Source: Rebecca billardiae RCC1528
Taxonomy: Eukaryota; Protista; Haptophyta
Length of the DNA: 64,000 nt
NCBI GenBank assembly: GCA_965240325.2
Contig: OZ251223.1
Coordinates: 496,001 to 560,000 of the forward strand
Direction of reading: 5' to 3'
Each line of letters starts with the position of its first letter. Within the stretch, counting starts at the first letter, position 1. The notes beneath the pieces were generated by a model. It saw only the letters and a program-made list of their open reading frames with translations, was not told the origin of the DNA and ran no database searches. A program made the translations under genes and the position numbers. This document shows positions 1 through 11,049 of this stretch, one piece after another.

Positions 1-1194
1 TGGCATTGGGCACGTGCGCGGACCGGCAGGACGCGGCTGGCGCGGGGGCACGGCGATGGGCAACGCCGAACGGGAGCGACGCGACGGTACCATCTTGGCT
101 GCATACGCGCTGAAGCGACTGGACCTGCACACCGGATGACGCAGAGGGCTGCGGCTGCGAAGCAGCGCCGTCACTGGGCTCTGGCTCCGGTTCAGACCCC
201 TGCCAGTCCGGTCATAGAAACCGGGCGTACCGAAAATGATCTTCGCACTCCTGCGGCCGAATGAATTAACGCGGACGCCCGAAGTGTCCCACAGGGCCCC
301 AAGTAGGGTTGCTATGGATGGCCAATAAGTGCCCCCGGGAGGGCGGTGTCGCGGCCACTACTCCGTCCGAGTTTGCGGATAAAGCCTGCAGTGCCGTACT
401 TGACAGATTAGACTCTATTTTTCATAGCAGCTATTTACCCAGCCCGGTGACACATTTCCAATAGCTACGGGTGCATCCGGATCGCTCCCGGACCGTGTTC
501 TGACCAGAGTCTGAAATGGGTAAATAAATAGTAAAATAGAGTCTGAACTGTAGAGGAAGTGCTTGTCGGCCCAATATCGCTCCGATGAAGAGTGAGACTA
601 CAGAAGTCGTCATCATCTAGGCATCCTGCTTGAGGTCCTCCTGTGCAGTTTTCACGAGTGACTTCATGAAGTCTGAGCTCACAGTGCCCGTCTCTGGCAG
701 GGGTCAATCGAAGCCAGAGCCACTGCGTCAATCACTCGTCACTGCTGCTACTATTCGCCACCGTTAGTGTGACTTAGCTTGCCCGACCGAGTGACCGGCA
801 GACCGACGTCCACACTGAGAGTGAGTGCATGGGGCCCGGCGCTCTACTTAGCAGCAGTAGCAGAAAGTAGAGTGTGACGAGTGAGCAGCGCAATTATCCG
901 AATATCAGGCGCAGCATCCAGGGTCTGCGCAGCTGGCGCTCCGGTCGCTGTTGGGGAGGTCTAACAGGCGGGTACTCTACGTTCACTCAGACTCCTGCGA
1001 CCCGTGCCCCTCACTCAGGGGCCGAGCGTCACTCTGGCAGCCGGCCGTGTCTCAGTTCCGCGCCGGCCCGAGACCGCGGCAGGGGCTGAGTAGCGCCACC
1101 TACATCGCGGCGTTATTGCGCCGTGCACCACATCCCCTGAGTATGCGGCGGCTGGACCATTGCCAGCTGCTCAGCGGTCAGCCTCACAGCCTGC

Positions 1195-1992
1195 TCACCA
1201 CTGGTGGCGCGGCGGCACGCATTGATGCGAGTAGTGCAGGGCGGATTGGCTCACCATGGGCATCATCACGGGAGGGTGAAAGCTGCCGTCACGGCTCCAC
1301 ACCGAGGCACCTGCTGGTGAGGGCGAGCACGTCGGCTGCATGCACGGTGCATTGCAAGTGGGGTGCGGGGCCGGCATAGTGGGCATCTGTGGCACCCATG
1401 CCACGTAGTGCCCGGCCGTCGGAGGTGCATATACGGGCACGGGCCCTGGTGGCTGCATCGCGGACACGCTCGCGACGTTGGCGCGTAGAGTCGCTGGGCT
1501 TGGATCGAGTGAGGTTGGCGCGCTGTAGCGGTGCGTCTGCGGCGTCGAGCACATGGGCTGCGTGACGATGCCGTGATGCGTGCAGCCCCACGCCATATGA
1601 GCCGGCGCCAGTCCGAGCGGGATGCCATGCGCGCGCAGGTCACGGGCGTACGCGTCACCGGCTGAGAGAGCTAGACGCCAGCGTTCATTCGCGGCCTCCA
1701 TCTTCTGCTCGCGCACTCGCCGATTCTGGAACCACACCTGCACCTGACGCGAGGTGGTGCCAAACTGCACAGCGAGACGCTCGCGCTCCGCGGCCTGCAG
1801 GTACGGGTTGATGCGGAAGGAGCGCTCCAGGGCCTGCCGAGCCGTGGCGCTCACCTTCCAGCGGGGCTGCAGGTCGTTGTCGTGCTCATTCGCCTCGGCT
1901 ACAGCTGCACCGTCATTCGTCTTCTCGCCCGACGCTGCTACGGCGGGGCGGAGCGGCGACTCTGAACGCGTCGTCGCCTTCCGCTTCGGCAT
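1195..1992 (-). CDS. Homeodomain transcription factor
   Basis: Homeobox helices LERSFRINPYLQAAERERLAVQFGTTSRQVQVWFQNRR; basic N-terminus MPKRK (ATG at 1992); Pro/Met-rich C-terminal tail; intronless. Confidence 0.85.
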   Translation of the reverse strand: MPKRKATTRSESPLRPAVAASGEKTNDGAAVAEANEHDNDLQPRWKVSATARQALERSFRINPYLQAAERERLAVQFGTTSRQVQVWFQNRRVREQKMEAANERWRLALSAGDAYARDLRAHGIPLGLAPAHMAWGCTHHGIVTQPMCSTPQTHRYSAPTSLDPSPATLRANVASVSAMQPPGPVPVYAPPTAGHYVAWVPQMPTMPAPHPTCNAPCMQPTCSPSPAGASVWSRDGSFHPPVMMPMVSQSALHYSHQCVPPRHQW

Positions 1993-2471
1993 AATCTCCA
2001 AGTAAGTTGGCGCCTTGGCGGGTGGTGGGAACTTGATGACCGGAACTTGAGAGAATGAGAGGAAGCGGACGGGTGGCAGCCGTTGATTGACGTCATCATG
2101 ATGATAATGCTGACGAGTATTCATCACCGAGGTAGTGGTGGCCACGCTTTTTACTTTTTAACAGCTTACTAACTAGCACTACTACTGCACTAGTAGTTTT
2201 TCATTATATATGTATTATACTGCTCCGGAATTATATCAGGCCTGAAGCGGGTATCATGTATGAAGGAAATAGCAATACTGAGTCAGTGGACCTCATTTTG
2301 TTCATACATGCTCATGACTACGATATAAATACCATAATATACCAGCTGTTTGCGTCTTTTATTATTCGTAGTGAACTACTACGACTCAGCGGCTCAACCG
2401 AGGAATGGCGGCGAAAAATGACGGAACTGATTACTGAATCGGATGCGGACGGGACTCCTCTCCGCTCTCGC

Positions 2472-4360
2472 CTAACGACGTGTGCCGAACTCCGACTCGG
2501 CGAGCTGAAGGAGCGGGCGGCTGAGGCGCTCGTGCACGTTCATCAGATGCACGAACTGCGCTCGGGCGCCGCGCGGTGCGTGATCGGGGGCGCGGGGGGC
2601 CAGGGCGAGATCAGCCCGCATTCGTTGCGCGGGGCTGCCGCAACGGCGCGCGCGGCGTCCGATGACCGATCCGCTGCGGCGCGCGGCGCACCTTGTCGTT
2701 GAGCGTGCTTGCCGACGTGCTCGCGTACGGCGACGTCCGCTCCACGATGCGCTCGAGCGCGGGCAGCACGATCGAGAGCGTCGCCTTCCGGTGCGCGTAC
2801 AGCTGGTCAGCGTACGCTTTGACCTCGTCCCAGAGCTCGGGCATCGCCTCGGACAGGACGGCGCCGTGCTTGCGCTCGTGCGTCGCGGCGGCCTGCACGC
2901 GCGCGCGGAACGCGATCGTCGACTCGCTCATGTCCTGCGCCCACGCGTGCAGCTCGCGCGCGTGTGACAGCACCGCCTTGCGCTCGGACACCGCCGCGCG
3001 GTCCGCCGCGAGCCGCTCCTCCTCCTGCGTGGACTGGCCGATCGCCGCGTGCAGCCGCTGCCGGTGGCTCCCGCGCGCGCCGCCGTGCGTCTCGAGCAGC
3101 GCGAGCAGCACGCGCTCGTCGGCGCCGTGGCTCTCCGCGTCGTCGAGCGGCGTGCGGCCGAACGCGTCCTCTGCGTTCACGTCGATGCCGCGCTGGCGGA
3201 GCAGGAAGTACACGCAGCCCTGGTGCGCGCTCGAGACGGCGACGTGCAGCGGCGTGCGGCCGAACGCGTCGGTCGAGTTGACGTCGCACTTGCACCGCAG
3301 CAGCCGGCCCAGCATCGCCGTGTCGTCGGCGAACGCGGCTTGGTTGAGCTGGCGCGCGCCGTCGAGGCTGCCGAGCGCGGCGCCGCGCGTGAGCAGCAGC
3401 TCAAAGCACGCCTCGTGCCCGCCGAGCAGCGCGTCCTGCAGCGGCGTGACGCCGTTGGCGTCGACCGCGTCGACGCACGCGCCGAGGCTGAGCAGCACGT
3501 CGATGTTCGCCGCGATGCCGTCCGCCGCGGCGACGTGCAGCGCGGTGCGGCTGCTCGCGTCCGCGGCGTTGATCTCGACGCCGCACGGCCCCATCGCCAG
3601 CAGCTCGGGGCCGGCGCTCGGGTCGCGCGCCATCGCGAAGAGGTGCTGCTGCCACAGCGAGCGCGAGCCGCACGTGCCGCCGTGCTCGGCCAGCAGCTTC
3701 GCCGCCTCGATGTGCTTCGCGCGCAGCGCGTCGAGGAGCGGCGTGCTTCCGCGCTCGTCCTCGACGTCGACGCTCGCGCCGTGGCCGAGCAACAGCGCGA
3801 TCACGGCCGCGTGCCCGCCGGACGCGGCGAGGTGCAGCGCGCGCCGCCCCTGGAAGTCGGCGCTGTCGACGTCGGTGTGCTTGCTGCCCAGCACCCGGCG
3901 CACCTTGTCCACGTCGCCCGCGGCGCACGCGAGGCAGAGCCGCATGTGCTGCAGGTCGCGCTGCTTCTTGCGCGCCGACGTGACCACCTGCGCGCCGCCG
4001 CGTCACCGCGGCGGCACGGAGCGGCGGTGGCGGTGGCGGCGGTGGTGGGAGGGAAGGGGAAGGGCCGAGGGCGGGGGGAGCGCGCGAGGGGTGAGTGGGC
4101 GCGCGCGCGCGACGCGCGCGTGCGCGCGCGCGTCGGGTGCCGAGCCCCGCACCGTCTGCAGCATGTCGCTCTCCCCGCCAGCCTCCTCGCCGCCGCCCAC
4201 GTCCACCGAGGCGACGGACCTCAGGTCCATCGCCGCGCTGTCGGCGCTCACGGAGCCGGCGACCGAGCCGCGGCGCGAGGAGGCGCGGCCCGAGCGCGCC
4301 GTGAGGTGGTGCAGCACGTAGGTCCGCCGTGAGGTGGTGCAGCACCTTCGCCCAGCGCAT
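2472..4360 (-). CDS. Ankyrin-repeat protein with coiled-coil C-terminus (spliced; 5' end uncertain or frameshifted)
   Basis: Repeated ankyrin motifs (GRRALHLAA, GSTPLLDA, SRTALHVAA, GVTPLQDA, GRTPLHVA, GRTPLDDA). Predicted GT-AG introns 3988-4152 and 2556-2691; stop at 2472. The 5' frame is disrupted by a short duplication near 4297-4345. Confidence 0.8.
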
Positions 4361-4839
4361 GATCGGGAGGTTGTGAGGGGGGCGGGATGACGCGATTCGC
4401 ATGGGATCTAGTTTAGACAGGTAGGATAGTTGTAAACGACGAAGGTTCCCTCGGTTGGTTCGACCGTTCGAGCCGATCGTGTTTTGAAATACGTATCATA
4501 CCGCCGGCTATTTCTAAGGTTCTACGTGAATGAGCACACTTCGTCGCTTCGTCAACGTGTGGTATCGGATTGGTGGTCAATTCGTCAATCAATTCGTCAA
4601 CGAATACAACACCCCATCACTCTGTTAATTAATTATGTGTGCACGTATGTGGATATTGGTGTGATGAATATCGCTGGAGTGGAATATATCGCTGGATAGC
4701 ATTTCCCGAAGCGATTTGCTACCGATTGACGGATTACAGTATTCACCGCATGTCGTCCACCTCTTGTGCATCTTGCGGATCACTGGATCTGGATCCCCAT
4801 CCCCATCCATCCCCTCCAGCACCATTCTGGTGATTCATC

Positions 4840-5898
4840 ATGGGCGCCTCCGCATCGTCGGTGTGTGCGCCGGGTGGTCAGGCGCAAGAGCTCGTGCAGG
4901 TGTGGGACGGCTCCTTCGTCTTTCTCTCCCTCGTGATCAGCACGATCGGCGCCTTCACGTCGCTCACGAGCGTCGCGTACGCGTTCACGGTCCTCAGGCA
5001 GCCGCACCTGCGTGCCGCGTTCCACGCCTACATGCTGGCCTCTGGCGTGGCGATCGGTGGCGTCGCCGTGTGGGCGATGCACTTCGTGGGCATGCAGGCG
5101 CTCAAACTGCAGACATGCGATGGGCAGCCCGTGCACAAGACCTACAACGTGGCACTCACCATCACCTCGCTCGTCGCGGCGATTGCCATCGGCACGCTGG
5201 TCTTCTACCTGGTCGTGCCCGCGCACAGCGTGGCGCCAAGCGCCAGGGCGGGCGGTAGCGCGGCTTGGCGCAAACGTGGCACTGAGCACATCTCTGCATC
5301 CCAGTACTGGTCGGCCGACCTCGAGGTCTGCGGCGTCAGGCCGCGCGTGGGCAAGTTCGCGATCGGTCGCTTCGCGCTCGCGTCCGTGCTGCTCGCAACC
5401 GGCGCGTGCGTGATGCACTACATGGGCATGACCGCGATGTACGGCGCGTACACGATATCGTTCGACGCGTCCCTCGTCTTCGTGTCCGTCCTCATCGCCC
5501 TCGTCGCTGCCAGCGCGGGCCTCTTCATCGTCGTGCAGATAGCATACGCTGGGCTCACGTGGTTCTCCCTGGCGCTGCGTGTGGTCGCGTCGCTCGTCAT
5601 TGCGCTCGCAGTCAACAGCATGCACAACGTCGGCATGCTGAGCGCGCACTTCAGGCCCACGGCGAGTCCGGCGGAAAACGCCAACCACCATCTCGGCCCC
5701 AACCTGCGCATGCACGCTCTGATCGTCGTCGCCATCTCGCTGAGCTACTGCTTTGCGCAGCTCGTCTGCACTTTCTCGCACCTCGCGTCATTCCTCGAAG
5801 GCTCAAAGAACCTCACGGCAGCCAGTACAACGTCGTCTGGACACTCATATGGTGTCGCAGCAAAGGACCACGAGACGGATGGACCTTCAGCAGCATGA
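4840..5898 (+). CDS. Stand-alone MHYT-domain membrane protein
   Basis: About 7 hydrophobic helices with three MHY-type motifs: WAMHFVGM, VMHYMGM, SMHNVGM; no output domain; intronless. Confidence 0.9.
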   Translation: MGASASSVCAPGGQAQELVQVWDGSFVFLSLVISTIGAFTSLTSVAYAFTVLRQPHLRAAFHAYMLASGVAIGGVAVWAMHFVGMQALKLQTCDGQPVHKTYNVALTITSLVAAIAIGTLVFYLVVPAHSVAPSARAGGSAAWRKRGTEHISASQYWSADLEVCGVRPRVGKFAIGRFALASVLLATGACVMHYMGMTAMYGAYTISFDASLVFVSVLIALVAASAGLFIVVQIAYAGLTWFSLALRVVASLVIALAVNSMHNVGMLSAHFRPTASPAENANHHLGPNLRMHALIVVAISLSYCFAQLVCTFSHLASFLEGSKNLTAASTTSSGHSYGVAAKDHETDGPSAA

Positions 5899-6726
5899 AC
5901 GAGCTCCGAGTGCCTTACACAGTCCCCGGCAACTGGGCGTACTGGCAGCGCAGCACAGACAGGCGGCCGGGCTATAATTAGATTACATAAGACCGAGCGG
6001 TCATGTGACTGGCCGCCGCAACTCTTACGCTCCGAGACTCAGTGTAACTGATACAGTGACAGTCGTATATATATTGTCGCCGCCTGGTATATATCCGAGC
6101 AAGACGATGGCCGCCGCCCATCGGAATCGGACGGGCAGCTTGGCCCGTGGTGACGGTAGGCTGCGGTCCGACTGTCCGGTCGTCTAATTCGTGAACGGCA
6201 GCTCTCATGACTCGGCCTCCGCTTCGGATCCGGGCTGCATCAGCCGCGTGCCGCCGTGCCGGCCGGACCGTCCGGCGCGCGCAGCAGCGCATCAGCGCAT
6301 ATCAACGGTCGCCATCAGTGTCGCGCGGCCGAGCGCGGCCCCGCGCCGGAGCGCCCGGGTTGCCGACTGTCTGCTGAGTCTGGCTGCGCGCTGCCACAGT
6401 GTATGATGCGCGCCGGCGCCAAATCATCGTCTGACGACGATGCCGCCGACGATGCCGCCGGCATCATACCCGGCGTTATTTTAAATATAAGCAGCAGATA
6501 TATATGTGACAGATATATACGATGATATATATCGTCGTCATCATCATATTATATATTATATATTACTCACTCATCAGTCACTGCTCATGCCGGCATGACC
6601 GCGTGCATGATCGGATGATGATGATGCTGCTGCTGACCCGCGACGACCCGGGATGATCCGCCGCCTGATGATCTGCTGATCCGGCCGCGCGCGATGCTGA
6701 TGATGACTATGACGACAATAACTGCG

Positions 6727-9700
6727 TTAGCTACCCATATCGGCAGCAGCGGGCGCCGCGGCACTGCTGCCAGCAGCAGTCTCGTCCGTCGTGGGCTGAG
6801 CGTTGCTGGCGTCGTCGCGAGGCCGCTCGTCGTCCAAGCGAGCAGCAGGGGGCGGTGCCGACGACGCGGCAGGACTGGGAGCACCCGCCGACGTCGGTTG
6901 TCGCAGATCGTCGTTGGCCTCAGGCGGCTCAGTCCTCGGGCCTGCGACGCCTGCTGCAGCCGCGCCCTCCGCTGCTGCTCCCCCGGGCGCGTCTGCGGAC
7001 GAGCCCTCAGGCTCGACTCCCTTCTCATCCGCACCGGCTCGCTCCGCACCGGGCGCGGCGGTGGATGGGCCTGTAGGGACGGGGCCAGCGGCGGCGGCTG
7101 CTTCTCCCTGCGCCGGCTGCGCGCCCGCGAGCGGTGCCGTGGCCGGCGGCGCGCCGCCCTGCGCACCATCCGCGGAGGCCGCGGAGGCTGCCTCGATGGC
7201 AGCGGCCGCCTCGGCATTCGCGCGCGCCAGTGCCTCCGCCTGCAGGTACTGCAGGAAGCTGAAGGCGCGCTCGCGGCCGCGCGCCTGCAGCGCGGTGAAG
7301 TGAAACACAGAGCCTGCCGGGCGGCGCCCACGGGCCGAAAGCGCATGCGTGGGGCGGAGCATGGGCTGAGCAGGGGTGCGCGCGCAGCGCCCACGCTGCG
7401 TCTGTCTCTCTCTCTCTCTCGCGCGCGCGGCCGAGCGCACGGCGCCATCACGCGCGTGTGCGCACGCGGGCGCACACCGTCCGCCATGTGCACCGTGATG
7501 CCCTTGGGCGTGAACGGCCCGCCGCCCGTCTTCTCCACGCGGCGCACCTGCAGCAGCGGCAGCCTGTGCACGTCGCGCGAGCCCGGCGCGACGTAGCACA
7601 GAGAGACGGGTGTAACGAAGAGTCGCCCCTTTTGCGCCTCGCGGAAGCCGGAGCTCACGCCCGAGAGGGCGGGCAGCGGGCGCGCCGACTGCACGCGCCG
7701 GCGCCGCGGCCAGGGTGCGCGCGCACGGTGCGCGCAGGCGCGGAGGCCGCCGCGGTTAGTCAGTCAGTCAGTCAGTCAGTCAGTCAGTCAGTCAGTCAGT
7801 CAGTCAGTCGGTCTGACGCAGGGGGCGGTCGGCGCGCGGGCCGAGGCGGGGCGAAGCGCACGCAGCCAGGGGGCGTGGCGCGGCGCGGCCGCGCGGCGTG
7901 GCGCGGCGGGCACGCACCGGCGTCGACGTTGCGAGCACGCAGTCGTACTCGGCGATCGGCGTCTCGTTCACCGCGAACCGCCGCCTGAACTCGGCCGTGT
8001 TGGCGGAGGTCACCTGCTCACCGTCGCCGTGGGCATCCGTCTGCGCAGCCAGCTGCTGCTGCGGGGTGCCGCCGGCCGGCTCGGCGACGGCGACGGCGAC
8101 GGGGCGCGGCGCGGCGCGGCCGGTGCGCACGAGCGGCACCCACGTCCCCTCGGGCAGCTTGATCCGCACCCCGCAGCGCAGCAGGTACGTGAGCAGCTGG
8201 TGCCCAAGCGTCTGCAGCGCGACCAGTCGCTCGCGCAGTCTGACGTACAGTTCGTCGTGGGCGCGCGCCCAGCGCGCAGTCGCCTGCCACGCGTGCGCGC
8301 CGGAGCGGATGGGCGCGCCGGAGCCGGGCGCGACGGGCGCGTCGGGCGGCTCAAGCACGCCCGCGTGCAGCTCCTGGAACGCGGACGAGCCCACCACCTC
8401 CGCAACGAGCGGCAGGTTGTGCGCGTTGGGGCCGGCGCTGTCGGCCGCGGCTGCGCTCAGGCCCGCCTGCCCCAGCTCCACCCGACACAGCTCCGGGAGG
8501 TAGCGCAGCTTGGCGTCGCGCACGGCGTCGGCGAGCTCGTGCCGCTCGAGCTGCGCGGCCGTGAGCGCGCACAGCCGCACCGAGCGCCGGTGCAGCACGT
8601 TCACGCACCCGCTGAGCAGCTTCCAGTGCCGGACGGTCGCGCGGTCCACCTCCGAGCGCGACGCGCCGAGCGCGCCGTCGTCGCTCAGCGGGTCGCAAAG
8701 CCGCAGCGCCGCGGAGAGGAAGGCGGCGCGGACCTCCTGCTCGTCGAAGGAGCGCGCGTCGGCGGCGTGCGTGCGCAGCGCGCCGCGCAGCTCGACGAGC
8801 GCCGGCGTGCTCATCAGCTGCGCGTGCAGCCGCGCCGTGTCCGCGCTCGGCGTGACCGAGCCGTCATCTAAATTCACAACCGTCACGTCCGACGCAGCGG
8901 CGCGCACGCGCGGCAGCAGCGCAGCGTCGCAGCCGACGAGGTACGCGGTGGGCGCGTGGCAGAGGAAGGCGGCGTAGTCGGCGGCGGAGTCGACCGTCGG
9001 CAGCATCGGCATCACGAAGCCGTGGAACTCCATCGGCAGCATCAGCGCCTGCAGGCCGTGGACCGCGTGGTTGAGCGCCGCAGCGTCCGACGAGCCGATC
9101 AGAATTTTGTCGTGCAGCAGCGCGCCCAGCCACACGCGCGCGAGCTGGTCGCCCTGCCAGCGCAGCGCGCGGAGGAGCGGCTCGAGGGGCAGCCGCGGGT
9201 GCAGCCCGTCCGCGAAGAGCATCTGCGTCTGCGCCTCGAGCGAACCCAGCGCGCCGACGAAGCGCTCGAGCTGCTGCGCGAGCGCGGGCGAGCCGGGGAG
9301 CGCGCGCCCGGCGTCCGCGTGCTCTTCGGCCATCTGCTCGAGGAAGAGCGAGCACACGCGGTACAGCGGGCGGGTCGAGGCGACGAGGACGCACACGGGC
9401 GTCACCGCGTCGCGCCCCGCGCCCTCGTGCGGGTACAGCACCGTCAGGCACGCGACGTGGTCGACGCGGCCGTCTGGGCGCTCGGCCGCGAACGTGTGCA
9501 CGTGCGCCGCGGGCTGGCGCGCGTCCGCGGTCGGTGCGGGCATGCGCTCGGGGAAGCAGAAGGGCGCGAGGTGCGCGATGTCGCCGTCGCCGGGCGTCAC
9601 GAGCTCGGCGCGCACGGCGCGCATGAACTGGCTCGAGATCTGCAGCCGCACCTCCAGCGGCGCGTTGAACTCGCGGTGTGCGAGCGCCTCCACGCGCGGC

Positions 9701-9870
9701 GCGCGCGCGCAGCGCACGGTCGGCCCGATGAGCAGGCAGCCGCGCACGTCGCTGCCCGATGGTGCGCCATAGCCGCCGCCGTCCTGCGCCGCCGACGAGC
9801 CTGCCGCCGTGCGCGCGCACAGCAGCGCGGCGAGGAGGATGACTGCGCGCCACGTGGATATGGCCGCCAT
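6727..9870 (-). CDS. DENN-domain plus GRAM-domain protein (putative Rab GEF)
   Basis: DENN motifs LAPFCFPE, ALLHDKILIGSS, LQALMLPMEFHGFVMPMLP, LCHAPTAYLVG, VVNLDDG. GRAM motifs FRRRFAVNETPIAEYDC and GRLFVT are joined by predicted introns 7689-7917 and 7314-7477. Confidence 0.8.
7757..7808. repeat. (GTCA)n / (TGAC)n microsatellite inside an intron
   Basis: Direct reading of about 12 tandem GTCA units. Confidence 0.95.
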
Positions 9871-9938
9871 TGTCCGTCGACCCCGCGCGATCCGGGATCG
9901 AACAAGCTCAAAGCCGTCCGGTGCAGACCTGCGTCCGG

Positions 9939-11049
9939 CCAAGGGAGTCAAGGGTGCCCGCGCCCCAGTGGCGCGCTCGGCGGATGTTGGGATACACCTT
10001 TTTGCCCGCGGCCCTGCGGCGGCGGCGGCGATGGCGTGCTCCGCTGGCGGGGCGAGCGCACGGGGCACGGCGCTGCGGGCGCGGATGTGCCCGCGAAGCC
10101 GGCGCGTGCGGACGGGCTGTTGCGGGAGAGTATCGGGCGCCCTCCTGCGACGCGCGACTTGCGCCACGCCTCTTTCGCCTCGGCTCAGAGCAGCGCGCAC
10201 GCACGCGCCGCCTCAAGGCCAGCCTTGCCGCGCCGCAGCCGACCGCGCGCGCGCCGTGCGCGGCGTGGTCGGGAAGGAACGGGCGCTGCTGCCGGGCGAG
10301 ATGGCGACGTCATGGGCGCACGCCATGCCGCCCCGCGGCGCCGCGAAAGAGCACGAGAACGGATCCGCACAGCTGTTGACGAGTGCTGATTTCTTGCCGT
10401 GCCTGAAGCCAGACCTGAGCTCGAAGAAGATGATGAAAGAGCATCAGCGCGAGGAAAGCGTCGCACCCAGCACTTCTACATGACCACGCGGTGATGAACA
10501 TTCATGTAAGAGTAGCCCGCGTGCCCGTCTGGCACTGTTCTGTGTCTCAATGATCGTCCCGACAACGGTCACGACCGCGAGGCAGTGCACACCATTTGTG
10601 ACAAGTCGAAAAGGCGTGCAAACGGACCGACGACACTCTCGTCAAGGCGTGGCGGGGCGGCATGGCGTGCGCCTATGACGTCGCCATCTCGCCCGGCAGC
10701 AGCGCCCGTTCCTTCCCGACCACGCCGCGCACGGCGCGCGCGCGGTCGGCTGCGGCGCGGCAAGGCTGGCCTTGAGGCGGCGCGTGCGTGCGCGCTGCTC
10801 TGAGCCGAGGCGAAAGAGGCGTGGCGCAAGTCGCGCGGCGCAGGAGGGCGCCAGATGCTCTCCCGCAACAGCCCGTCCGCACGCGCCGGCTTCGCGGGCA
10901 CATCCGCGCCCGCAGCGCCGTGCCCCGTGCGCTCGCCCCGCCAGCGGAGCACGCCATCGCCGCCGCCGCCGCAGGGCCGCGGGCAAAAAGGTGTATCCCA
11001 ACATCCGCCGAGCGCGCCACTGGGGCGCGGGCACCCTTGACTCCCTTGG
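9939..11049. repeat. Long inverted repeat: 398-bp arms (9939-10336 and 10652-11049) with a 315-bp spacer
   Basis: The arms are reverse complements with about 4 substitutions seen by eye; this explains the near-identical N-termini of ORFs 7804-10200(-) and 10788-12920(+). Confidence 0.95.

Noticed and set aside
2693-4332. Long plus-strand ORFs (542 and 427 aa) and similar long antisense ORFs throughout (e.g. 18736-21222, 26550-28913, 29809-32685, 46029-47483)
   Set aside because: Shadow ORFs from very high GC and codon bias, lying opposite genes with clear motifs
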